From: Phoronis australis
Lineage: Eukaryota; Animalia; Phoronida
Assembly (NCBI GenBank): GCA_002633005.1
Contig: NMRA01000036.1
Location: 596,713-660,712, forward strand
Length of the DNA stretch: 64,000 nucleotides
Direction of reading: 5' to 3'
Shown here: in pieces, positions 49,741 through 62,183 of the stretch
Layout: the number at the start of each line of letters is the position of its first letter
Numbering within the stretch: the first letter of the stretch is position 1
Translations under genes and position numbers: made by a program
The notes under the pieces: generated by a model
The model's input: the letters and a program-made list of their open reading frames with translations, nothing else
What the model was told of the DNA's origin: nothing
Databases searched by the model: none

Positions 49741-50658
49741 TGGGGACAAATAAAACAACAAGAATAATGTATATTTTAAGTTGTATTGGGAATTTCAGGG
49801 TCACAGCTCTACAAATAACTATTTCACAGAAGGAACCAGATGGGTTCCTTAATTACAAGAGATAACACACACACATTTCCGATACCCAAAGTACAACTGA
49901 GTATCGGATGCTAAGTGGCACAGGTTAGCGTAGTACCAAATGGGTACATAATACCAAATGGGTATTGGCCGATTGCCTACCAACTGGGTCGAGCAAAACG
50001 GCAAATTCAATAACAAGTACCAAGTGGGTACAAACTGCCAAATGGGCAAATATCATATAAAGTACCAAGTGGGTACACCAAACAGCCAACTGGGCTATAA
50101 CAACCTGCAAAGCAGGGTTCCGGACAAGCTGAGTGAGCAGACCAGCCGGAGTGATAAAAAAGATATTGTAAGGAACGTGGTGTTGTGGCTCAGTATGTGC
50201 CGAGAGCTGTGACCGGGGTTGAGAGAAGCAAGCTGCAGTGATGGATGCTCGAGTACAGGTTGGGTCGCTAGCCAATGACGTTGGTTCTTGCCAGACGGTA
50301 TGACGCTCCGGGCCTGAAGAAGGTACCAGCAGGGACTGCAAAAACAACAATAACCAACAGCAGATTTTGTTCGACGAAAGGGAGAGAGTGTGGGAAAGGT
50401 ATGAATCGGTTGAGAGGAGATGTCGTGGTACCCAGGGTAGAGAGGGTGGGAGAAGTATAAAATTGGCTAATTAGGACAACTTACGAGTGAACGTACTGTT
50501 GCTTGAGGCTGGGCCAACAGGAAGCTGGAGAGAAAGAACAAACAGCGCTACCATCGGACTTGGTAGGAACTAACTAGGAGTTGGATATGAAGCATGAAGG
50601 GCTGTATAATGTTATTTGCCCAAATAATAGGATTTATGTCAGAGTGCCATAAATCTCA
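49741..50658. mobile_element. 918-bp non-autonomous element (DIRS/Ngaro-like derivative or solo LTR) flanked by TTAT/TTAT
   Basis: TTAT|TGGGGACAAA ... AAATCTCA|TTAT; subterminal hairpin GATTTATG-N9-CATAAATC; seven CCAAVTGGG motifs; two other copies in the window. Confidence 0.85.
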
Positions 50659-52584
50659 TTATAGCAGTATAAAAGATATACATTGAAACAAGCATGGATA
50701 AAATAGGAAAGGAATATCAAGAAATACAAACCACGAACAATAGAGTACAACCATAATTAAAAGACAAAGATCGTTTGTTAAGTTAAGGGTACATGAACTG
50801 CTGGCTTCTACTATAATCCTGGCTTCAATTATAAGCATGGCAGTATTTATGAGAAACGAGCTGAGTTTCAGGGTTGTTCAAGTCTGTGTCTTATATGGTC
50901 TTTCGTACATGCGAAAAATTTGAGAAACATGGAAACTTCTGTGAGTGTAGTCAAAAACCAACCAGTTCATCTCCGACACAAGTAAAAACATTAGTTAATG
51001 ATCATTGATGTCAAACAGCAAAATCACATTGATTCATAGCCACTAATCGCTTTTTACCGGAGCCGTAAATCCAGTAGGTGCACAGATCGGATAATTCTAA
51101 GTGAGCAAAGGACAGTGTAATCTACAAATTATTGTTCATCAACAGCAACCTGTGCTCATCAGTCATCCTCTAAAACCGAAGTATGTTTTACAAACCAATC
51201 GCATGACAACCGCTGCAAGTTTTACCATAATTCTCGATCTAACACCATCCATTGCAATAATGTTAATTAAAAGACTAAATATCACAGGGAAATAAAAATT
51301 AAAAAACGATCCCTTACAGTATATTAACAAACAAGGAACATCTCATCCTTTAAAATGAAGACAACCCCATTACCCAGTTTGTAACCTATGATAACGGTTT
51401 TCAACCAAAAACCTGTTCAAAACATGAAGACTGACCAAGCACACCAAACAAAGTAATAAGGGTCACCATTTTTAAATGGTGACCCTTGTTAAAACAAACA
51501 TCATACTGCATTATTTAGCTAACATAAACACCAATACTTCAACCATTTAGTAATCAAGTATCAGATGGTCAGATACCCAACACAACTGCCATAAATGGCT
51601 TAAAACCTAACCACCGGTATGATTTCAGTAGTTTAGCCATGCATCGTATCAATCAATGCGATGGGTGACAATGCCGGCTAATTTGTCCGGCACACATTTG
51701 TAGCCATTTTCTTGTCTCATTGTTCATGGGACTTACATGAAATGTACCAGGAATTACGACTGGAAGCCGTTAAAATACAACTGACATCGCACAATGATAC
51801 TGCTTTCAGGATTGCAAGCATTGGTTTCATTACAGATGGCTTTTCAGTAATCTATGTTAGTTTCTCATTTTTGTCCTCTGTTCACACACCCATGGAAATA
51901 CTATTTAGGTGATCCCCACTTTTTTGCAGATTTATAGTTGGCAAAGAACAAATTACACAATTCAAGACTTAAAAAGTTTATTGAAAAATTGGAACACCCT
52001 TAAACTGGTGCCATTTAATAACCTACAGATTAATCATTTGAACAACCATTTTAAAACGTTTTTTTTTCCTACCACCAGTCAAAGCCCTTGACTGGCTAAA
52101 ACAGAGCAGGCTGAATTGGGCATCACAAACAGAACAGTAACAATAAGACCGTTAATTAAATTAAATGATGACTTTTAACATATTGTAACATGAAAATGAA
52201 ATCAGTAAGCATACAAGCAGTTGTTTTAGAAGACATATCTAGCTTAAGGCAAAGACTAGCTATAAAGGCTAATTTTCATAGAATATGTAAAAGAAGGTCT
52301 AAAGAATGTATGGCATAAAAATCTTTTTAAATTTTAACACCAGTTCATGAATTTCATAAAATTTAACAAGCAATGAATTTTGAAAACAAACTCTAAGCAA
52401 ACACTAATTTTGCAACTTCTACATCGAATGGGCGTATCACTATATCAAAACAACAAAATTCTCATTCTTTAGGCTAAATCAAATGAAACAAGCTTCATAA
52501 CTTGTGAAAAATGTATGACAATCTAAATACTTCATGGATAATTGTGTGTGTATTAATCGTACTAAATCACTAACAACAGCTTTA

Positions 52585-52646
52585 CCCTCTGCCTCTCTGC
52601 CTCTCTGCCTCTCTGCCTCTTCTCTGCCTCTTGTCTGCCTCTTCTN
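52585..52646. repeat. (CCTCTCTG)n-type simple repeat
   Basis: Directly visible. Confidence 0.9.
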
Positions 52647-55471
52647 TGCTATGAAGCAGTTGTACTTAAGTTTTGCCCACTCTTCATTTTTATAACTGAC
52701 AAAAACCTAGGCACTGGCACTGAACCCCAGTGTCCAGAATTCAGGCCTCAAAACTCCCCCGTTTGGCTATCACCATATTTGCACTTTTGTATATATTTCA
52801 TGATTTGAGCTCTAATAAAGATTAAACTTGAATCAATGACACACGTCAGTAGTTTGTGCCGTGAAATGTGGCCCGCCGCCGGGGTTTAGTGTGTGATCTG
52901 GCTGCCACTAACTTTACTTAGTCAGAGTTGGGCCGGGGCTAAATCAAATATACGCGTGGGCAGAAAACGTATCTGCGTGAAGAAAGAGTTGCGTTTTCAA
53001 AACTTTCAGAGTCGTGTGTTGTCAGGATCTTCATTAATAAACCGAAACCAAGTACAAAGCACGTCTTCAAAGTTTAGGTAAACCGTAGTTTACGGCATAC
53101 TGATTACAGGGTCACTGACTCGAAGCACGTTCTTAGGTATACGTATATTGTAATATCGGTTGAATTATATATTATAACTGTGAATAGCACGTACGCGAAC
53201 AATAAGCCATTCACATTTATATCTGATTATAATTCTCCCCCTGCTTTGAAAACAAACATTCGTTCAGATAAATTTCGGAAAGAACGTGAACTAAAATGAT
53301 AGGACAAACACTGCATACCACAGTCCAGATTCTACATTCGAAGACTGCTTTGTGAGAAAGAAACTCTCAACAGGAGAAGTTTGTAATGACACGTAAATAA
53401 CTATAACTTTTACCCCTTAGAGTAGACGCGAAACGCTAAGTAATGTGTTCTTACTCCAAAGGGCTCCGCCTTGGTGCGAAGCTGTTTACTAAATTAAATA
53501 TACAACTTTTAATTGCGCCGTTGTGGGTAAAAACTGACCCAATGAAATCTTCCTTGAGTAATCTAAATTATTTACCGGCGTTGAAAAAATTGCTTTTCTA
53601 CTATTATTCTGCTTCTAAAATTGTGGTGTGATCTTTTGCGTCGACTTTCTGCGCAATGAAATATTGCGTCACCTATTAGCCAGTTTCTTTTTCCCAGATT
53701 CTTCAATCAAACGTTCTCCCTCGAGGTTGCCCAGGCTAAACGTCACAACAAATGATCAGAATTTGTTTCACTTCATTATATATTTTTGGAATTTGATATC
53801 AGTAAACCGAATTTTAGAACAGATTTTGCTGCGATGTTGTCATCATCTAATGGGAGATGTCGAAAAATTTCTGGAAGTGGCGCGTGTCACAAATGTACTA
53901 CTTTCAAAACGACGACATACATTTCTTTGTTACCAATGCAGAGAGTTCCGCAAGAAAATGACGTCGGATATTTTTTCGCTTAAACGTCCGTAACGGGCAA
54001 GGTGAATATCAATTGAGTTCCAGATTTTGCATGCACACCCGCCGGTCTTCAGCTCATGTTGATACAAGCTTCACGACGAGGTGACGAGCGTATTTATTCG
54101 GGCTGTTTGCAATTTCGAGGTCTGTCGCTGCTCAATACACAGTAACACCTTGCTGTATTTTGACAATAAAGTCTTCATACAGCTAACTGGCTAAATAGGA
54201 AGGCTCTAGCTTCGAAACAATTTTTTACTCCGAAAGTGACAACAAATTCAGAATGATGATGAATCATGAATGACATAGTAACCGATCACATGCTTCCGTT
54301 TTCATGCGCCCAAGATCTTAATCACTGCCCTATGTTAAAACCATTGTTTATGTTGTTCTTAAAATAAACTGTTGTTCTACTGCTGTACCAACATATTAAG
54401 AAATTATACAAAAATAAACAATAATTATCTGTGGTAAAGCGAATTATACAGCGTGATGAAGTGATGATCAAGAGCAATAACAGATGAGCGCGAATGCGTG
54501 CTGCTTGTTGAGCATTCCGCGGCATGAAAACACTTGAGGTCGTAAAACAGCCAGCGTTGTTTTCTGTTTTTTGAGCAATTTTACTGTAAAATTTCAAATT
54601 TCTTGCTTGTTTTTATGCATAAGGTACTGTATAAAAAGTCTCATACTAAGAGACAGAAATTATGCTTCTGCGATATTACTTAACGTTTGATTTTAACACG
54701 CCGTCAGTAATTCAACGTAAAGTTCACGTTGGTGTAATGTCACGCACTTTGTATTTGTAGGTTGATTCGATTTTACCACCTTTCAATAGTTGAACAAAAG
54801 TTGATAAACCGATGTCAAGACCGGAGTTGCCACTGGTGAACGAACAGCCAACAGTTAAGTGTTTGTTTGGCCAAAGTTCACCCGCTAAGTCATAAAATGG
54901 TAATTGCCGACCAAGGACACGCTTAATCCGAATTTGTCGTCCTTACGCTTGTCGACCACTTAGCCGACCCAAGTGCCGACCACAGAGGGCGACTCGGCAG
55001 ACGGCTCGTAGCCGACCGTTGCTGGTCGGCTGCTGGTCGGCTAGACGACCGGTCGACGGCTGGTCGTCGGCCAATTTCCGACCGGTTGGACAAAAATTCG
55101 TGATGTGTGCTGAATACCGAAAACAATCCCCGGGTACTAAAACACTTTGTTTGGATTTCATGCGCACTGGCATGCAAATTTGCCCGCATGTCTTACGAAT
55201 ACGGAAAAGTGAGTACGTACTTGCATTTTTAAAGAATATGAAGTGGGAATACCTGACGAATTATCAACATTCATCAAATCCACGTCAAGATTGCGTCATT
55301 TCACAGCGCTACTGAAAGGTTTAGGGCCGTGTCGCCCCATCCTCACTCACTGGAACCACGCGAACGGCCGGGCCGAAACTAAATGCAGTTAACAGCCCTG
55401 TCGCAGCCAGTCTCCACGAAGTAAGAGAGTCCTATACAATCTTAAATTTAAAACCGCCGTTGGTCGCCACA

Positions 55472-55953
55472 GAGCTGACCCGTACCCCAGATGTTGTCCT
55501 TAAGAACGAGTCGTTAGTTAGATTCAAGAATCACGATTGGCAGTGACAGAAAATGAGCTCATTAATTCGTATCAAATTGTTGAAGAACTATTCAACTCTT
55601 GCACACCTTTTAAATGGTTACTAAATGGACACAAAGGCAATACTTTATTTGTGTCAGTTCCGACTCATCAGCAGACAGAGTAATGAACTGTCGGAATTGC
55701 AGACATTCGAAGTGAACTTTCGAAGGTGAGAACCATCCGAGTAGCGGACCTACGGAGTAGTGAACCTTCGGAATAGTGACACGTAACCTTGGAAATCTTC
55801 TCCACCAGTTTGTTGCTTGTATGAAGTTTGCGAGGCTGTGCACCATTAAAGAAACGCACACACGTGTACACGCATGCATGTCAATCCACCATATTTAACA
55901 ATCAGTTTCAATTCGAAATTTGAAAATGCCTGCAATTTACCGTACTATGATAG
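55472..55953. repeat. Dispersed repeat, copy 2 of the 3155-3890 family
   Basis: Colinear homology with 3155-3890, with internal deletions. Confidence 0.75.
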
Positions 55954-56289
55954 CCGGGTACGGCCCGTTAGTTCTGTGAAGCGCTTTGAACTGGAAGCAA
56001 ATTCAAAATTATTACTGAGTTATCATTGTAGTTAGTAATACCAGTAGGTGCAACACTTTTGTTGTTCATATATATCCTATCTTTAACGGATAGGTTGAGG
56101 CTGGACCTTTTCCGCGGGGAGTTCCCCCCGAACCCCTGGCTACGGGCCCGAGTAATGTGATTGGACACACAAAATGCCCTTATTTCCAACTTTTGTCCAT
56201 GCATTTGCAGGGTGGGTTCATTCAAGGACATCTTTTTTACATGACCGAAATAACTAGGAAAGAAAATAGTGGATATTACTACCAGTCGC

Positions 56290-56560
56290 TTAAAGACACA
56301 TCATGCTTGAAGATTTCAGAGTCTCAGTCTGTTAATCAGTTATGAGGAGCCTGTGCTGAATGAGCAGCTCACAGGAGTTTACCGCATGTTTGCTCTGTTA
56401 TGCTAGTGGCTTGTAGGATTCCCATCGTGAGGTATTCACACCTGCTGTGTGTAGGATAATAAACATGGTATAACAGTAGATTTTGTTCCAAGCAGGTCCA
56501 TTTTACTATGCGCCTGATGATGACATAGTGCTTTCGAAATATAGCAGAAAATTTAAGTAC
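56290..56560 (+). mobile_element. 3' remnant of a Penelope-like element
   Basis: CLKISESQSVNQL and (frameshift) EPVLNEQL resemble the GIY-YIG C-terminal L.I.E...I....P.LN.Q motif, followed by CTGATGATG...CGAAATATAG. Confidence 0.5.
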
Positions 56561-57932
56561 TAGGTGAAATGAAGTTTCTCCAAAACTCGTTGAGAATTAA
56601 ACCCACAACTTCCCAGACATAAACCAAACAGATACACCAAACTATTGAAGCTAAGCATAATTTGAACTAAAATCGTATAGAGAAAGACCAACTGAACTGA
56701 ATTTAGTCAGTTGTGCAGTTCATGCAACTGTAACACGGGCCCAAAATTTGGAAGACATGGGTGTTGTGAGACTGCAAAATAATGGACAAAATGTTGATAA
56801 TCGCATAACCTTCCCACCTGTTGCGGAGTACATGAGAAAAGTCTAGTCTTTAAGTCTGACTGGAATTCAACAACTGAAACCGGTATGTCTACAGTGCACC
56901 TTATATCACTGTTCCTCTGATTAGTAACTAACAGGACTGGCTGTTCACATTTATTTTGAAAAAACGATGTATGGTTTAAACAGTCAAAAGAGATATTAGG
57001 AGTAGTATTCAATGAATGCATTTTCCGAGATAAGTATGAACAGATCTATGACAGGGTAACAATTAACAGCTATATTCAAAAATTTCTTTCAACGCTTCCT
57101 GAAAACTTGAGCAATAAAACAATGTGACACCTCATTCAGGAAGTCATTCCCTTCGTTTCCATTAACTTGCTATTCATTTGAACCACTTCGCTCATGTGTA
57201 CATTACATAGCTACTGGCTGCCAAGTGGTCTTCAGCCACTGATACATTTCGTGTTGGATCTCAGTGTAAACACACAGGTTCGCTGACTAAAACAAAACTT
57301 CAACATTGAGGAGACATTGCTTTGGATGCTGCAGTACATGAGTAAGGCGAGTTGCAGTAGACAGAACAGCACACACAGTTTTGGGCACGATGCGTGGGGT
57401 GCGATAGATATACCAGCACACACAGCCACAGGTATGTGTGTCACTTTGAGCTACAATAAACCTGAAGTGATTGATAACTACACAGTATGGTGCTACAAAG
57501 TAGTGCTACTAATGTGCATTTCATAACAAGAACCTGCATACAGTTTTGTGATAGGAAATGGTGCAATAAAATCAAACTTGTAGGAGTAGAGTCAAACCAC
57601 ATTACATTGGACCTGGTTTCTAGAGTATGCTGGTTTGTAATAAATCAAATATACTCTGTACTAGCCGATTTGATTACAGCAACCCTTGGTTACTACAAAC
57701 ATTTTAGTGAGTCAATGAATAGATAATTCATGAACTTTTAAGTTCATAAATTATCTATCCATTGATAGTTTAAAAACTGGCAACGATGGACAACTAACAG
57801 TGGCAACATCTTCCCAATTTTGGAACACAGTAAAATCAACTAATTTTTAAACAAAACTACATTTCACAATTATTATTTATCTTCAATTAATTCTGACTCA
57901 GTACTCAATTTGCACTTTCAACGGTCAAAGCA

Positions 57933-58290
57933 AACAAGTGTGCACAACACACCATTGACACACACGGTGGTAACTAAGTAGTGCTACAACCCTAAAAGTC
58001 TTTAGGTTTACACGTCTAGCAAGTGTGGAACACACCATCGACGAACACAGTGGAGACTATGCAGCATTACAACACTAACAAGACTATTTAGGTTCACAAG
58101 TGAAGCAAGTGTGTACGAAACACCGTCAACGCACACGGTGGTGACTAAGCAGCACTACAACCCTACAATTCTTTTTTGGTTTACAATTCTAACAAAAATG
58201 TGTACCATACCATCATTACACAGAGTGGTGACTAGGCAGAATAATTACAACCCTACGAGTCTATTTAGGTTAATAAGTCTAACAAGCATG
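57933..58290. repeat. Diverged ~85-90-bp tandem repeat, 4 copies, just 3' of the TRAM stop codon
   Basis: Recurring CAAGTGTG..ACACCAT...CAC.GTGGTGACTAAG...TACAACCCTA...TTTAGGTT at 57933, 58018, 58104 and 58191. Confidence 0.85.
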
Positions 58291-58593
58291 CTTAACACTG
58301 CTCCCTTCACCAATGCTTACATTACATGTCGCGTGAAGTATTAACATTGGTTCACCGAGACATAATAAAACAACTAGATACACACAAGTTAAAAACCAAA
58401 GAAATTGCGTTAAATTATTGAATTGATGACACAGAACCAAAGCATAACAGTCAATGTTCATTCCATATGCATTAGAGAATGCAAGACCCATTTTAACAAT
58501 AATTTCAAGTAGACATCAAAAAAGCTGGAATTTCTCATTCTTTTAAACTAATAATCTCTTAATCAAGTACTGTCAGTGGTAATCAAATCTCTT

Positions 58594-58697
58594 TTAATTC
58601 TTCTTTTTTCCTGCCCTACTTCTTAACGCCATGCCATTTTCCCGAGACTCCTGGTCAGACTCTGTTGCCACCTGTTGGCTATCTTCATCTCCTTTAC
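58594..58697 (-). CDS. TRAM1: TRAM (translocating chain-associated membrane protein), last coding exon
   Basis: Phase-1 acceptor TTGACCAG; reads GKGDEDSQQVATESDQESRENGMALRSRAGKKKN*, ending in a KKxx ER-retrieval motif. Confidence 0.8.
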
Positions 58698-59150
58698 CTG
58701 GTCAACAAACAAGGCAACTCACAGAATGTTCGCCAAGTTATTATTCCATATCGTCATATTGATCCACAAAAATTAAAAGAAAGACAATAATTTATAATCT
58801 ATAACTAGCAAGGTTTATACTGAATAGATGTTATAAAAAAAAATTTTGGTAAAAAATCTTTTACTTGCAGCAAAGTAATCAACGTTTTAAAACTGGAAGC
58901 AAAACAACACAGAGCAGTGATATGAACCCATCATAGATTCAAGGGACAGTCAATGAATATGTTAAACCTAACTCCTCACCAGACCACGGCCCAGCAGATC
59001 TCAAGATCTCAGTGTAAGTTATTGATCAACGTGGATGTTGTATGCACCCCGTGCTGAAGTCAAAGTCACAAACTGCGGCGAATTCCTTTTCCCATTTTCT
59101 AAATCTGACCTAATTCCTCGACGGATACAATACCTTGGCAACAGACATAC

Positions 59151-59290
59151 CTTTGGGCTTTTTAGCCTTCTTGCTGGTGACAGATCTCTTAGCAGCAGGC
59201 GTTCTCTCACGCCATCGCTTGAGGTGGAAAGTGATGAAGTTCCACATCATCCAGGCCTGCATCATGCATACAGCAGCAAGGCAGTTGATT
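59151..59290 (-). CDS. TRAM1: TRAM exon (last TM helix and basic tail)
   Basis: INCLAAVCMMQAWMMWNFITFHLKRWRE resembles TRAM1 [35 protein letters not shown] acceptor (phase 2), AAG|GTATGT donor (phase 1). Confidence 0.93.
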
Positions 59291-60034
59291 CTGAAAAGGC
59301 AAAACCACATTGTAAACATCCCCTTTTAAGGAGACAAGGATCGATTTGGAGATTGAAGTCTTTTGAATTTCTTCAATGTCAGGTAGTGGGTAGTTAGCCT
59401 AACGGGGGGGGGGGGGGGNTACCCACCTTCCACTCTCACTAGTGAGTTCCCCGTCAAAGGACTAAATTCAAGGCACTAAGTCTTGCAGTGAGGGCAATTA
59501 TTGTTTCTTATCAGATCATATCTAAATAGATGGGTTGAAAGTGTCCAGGGTGTATTTTCCTCTTTTTTGTGGGACAAAAGAAAACTGATGAAAATAAGAA
59601 CATCTGAATAGAATGAAAATTGGACTACTCGCTTTCGAACGTTTCAAAATTAGTCAAGCAATAGCGACAGTGCCAACAAAAACTCACAACAGTACCTGTA
59701 CCTGAAAGAACGTGGATAACACCAGTTGTGATGACGGGCATGTTCATGACATACCAACTGTGGCAGTGGTGGAAAACAAATGTAAGTTGTAAGAACTGGC
59801 TAGACATTGTGCGAACAGAGATTACTCTTTTAAAAGATCTAATCAATATTCATGAGGAATACAAAAGTGAGGCTAAGCATGGCAATGTGATGACTGTCTG
59901 CACTTTGCATACAGGTGATCTGTTATTTGTACTTGATCTACCAGAAGGTCCGGGAACAAAAAGTTGAACAAAATATATTTAAAATATGCATGGTATGAAA
60001 AATAAATTTTGCATCAGCACGGGCAGGCATGGTC

Positions 60035-60500
60035 TGCAATTCAAGGACAAAAGTCCAATGGGTCTACGGTCCAGGGTAGTGTACAAATTTATCTGTGTTG
60101 GATGTGGCTACAGTTATATAGGCGAAACTGTTCGCCATTTGAAAACCCAGACTAGGGAACATCTAAATTCTGACAGAGGTTCACATATTAATATTGATCT
60201 GCAGAGCTCCAGTCATTGTTATGAGCAATGCTCTTTCAATGACTTTGCTGTAAAAGACCAAGCAGAAACAACAAAGGAGCTTAAAATTCCTGAGGCTCTA
60301 CAAATCAATTGGTGCAAGCCCAGTCTCAATATAGGCAACTGGCACACCACAGGTTGTCATTGTTAGTCTAGTCTATATGTTACTCCCTGTAACTGACTGT
60401 GTCTGTGTTTCATTACTTGTTGTTGGGCCCAGCAAGGTGACCACTGTGTTTTGTCTTCTGATGATGGTGCTTCAATAAATACTGAAGCACATCAAGCTGG
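60035..60500 (+). mobile_element. Penelope-like element 3' fragment (GIY-YIG endonuclease) in a TRAM intron
   Basis: KDKSPMGLRSRVVYKFICVGCGYSYIGETVRHLKTQTREH...LKIPEALQINWCKPSLN; CTGATGATGG motif at 60458. Confidence 0.88.
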
Positions 60501-60547
60501 TTTAAATCCGTTGTTGTTTTTATTAACTACTTGCTATCATGGATGTA

Positions 60548-61124
60548 CTAGATAGCTGATGATCTTTTGTATTAAAGTGGCATTCAGTGGATATTAGACA
60601 GGTGATAATCTGTGAGTTAAAGTGACGTTCAGTGCATGTTACATAGTTGATAATCTGAGTGTTAAAGTGACGTTCAATGCATATTAGATAGTTGATAATC
60701 TGAGTGTTAAAGTGACGTTCAATGCATATTAGATAGGTGATAATCTGTGAGTTAAAGTGACGTTCAGTGCATATTAGATAGTTGATAATCTGTGTGTTAA
60801 AGTGACGTTCAATGCATATTAGTTGATTGATAATCTGAGTGTCAAAGTGACGTTCAATGCATATTAGATAGGAGATAATCTGTGAGTTAAAGTGACGCTC
60901 AATGCATATTAGATAGTTGATAATCTGTGTGTTAAAGTGACGTTCAGTGCATATTAGATAGTTGATAATCTGTGTAATAAAGTGACGTTCAATGCATATT
61001 AGATAGTTGATAATCTGTGTGTTAAAGTGACGTTCAGTGCATATTAGATAGTTGATAATCTGTGTGTTAAAGTGACGTTCAGTGCATATTAGATAGGAGA
61101 TAATCTGTGTGTTAAAGTGACGTT
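60548..61124. repeat. 45-bp minisatellite, ~13 units; degenerate units continue at 61817-62205
   Basis: Unit GTTAAAGTGACGTTCAGTGCATATTAGATAGTTGATAATCTGTGT at exact 45-bp spacing from 60571 to 61111. Confidence 0.97.
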
Positions 61125-62183
61125 GGGCGCAATAGATCAAGCCAGTCTGATTGATACTTGGCGCCATATTTGCATGATGTCAATTAACAAATTCAGCGTC
61201 ATTTGTCAACCTAAAATAGCCAAATCCTGCACTATAAACACTTCCAGTTGCTATCTCAAAAACCGCCCATGTGTTATTTTTCTTCTTTCATTTCCCCATC
61301 ATCATGGACGCATGATTGGAGATCCATGCACTCATATTAACTTTAAAATCCCAGTGGAGGCAGAACTTCAGAAACGAAAACAAAATGTTGCGAATCCATC
61401 TAACACAAATAAAAAAGAAGTGTGGGTGGAGACATTGTTAAAACCCCAAAAGTAGCTACGTTTTCAAAATGAAAACAGCATTGTATTGATCAGGACCCAA
61501 CCAATCTAACTGCGTTACACAATCTATGTGAACTCATGTAACAATGACATTAAAACTAGATTAATTTATTTCATTGCATTGACAAGTAATGTGACAGTAG
61601 CCCAACAACCTAATGCGTAACTGAAACTCTAACTTAAAAAACAGCAGCCAACCACCACAAAATTGGGTCGGCTGATGGCCAGTCAGCAATCAAGAATCAG
61701 CTGGGGGATCGCCTTATGAGTCGGCAGGGCGGTCGGCTGCTGGTCAGCTAAAAATTAGCGGACCAGTCATCGACTCCCAGCCAACTGGACGGACAAAAAT
61801 TCGTGATGTGTGCTGTATTCAGTGCATATTAGATAGGTGATAATCTATGTGCTAGTGATATTCAGTGCATATCAAACAGCTCATACTCTGTTTTGAAATG
61901 ACATTCAGTACACATTAGATAGCTGAATAGATAATCATTCTGTGAAGTGTATGAAACATATCTCTCAATCTTTATGTTACAAATTGTATTCACTGCATAT
62001 TATATACCTGATAAGCTGTGCTAGAAGTGATAGCCAGTGTATATCAGATACCTGGTAATTTGTGTTAAAGTGATATTCAGTGCGTAGTAGACATTAATAA
62101 TCTAAGCATTGACATGATATTTAGTGCATATAAGACACCTGATATAAGCATGTTCAAGTGAAATTCATTACACTTTTAGATAC

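Noticed and set aside
55645-55675. Minus-strand CTGATGA-GTC..GAC hammerhead-like motif
   Set aside because: GAAA is absent and the motif is not conserved in the paralogous copy near 3330-3350.
60548-61124. CRISPR-like regular array
   Set aside because: Units are contiguous with no unique spacers, there are no cas genes, and the context is a eukaryotic intron.
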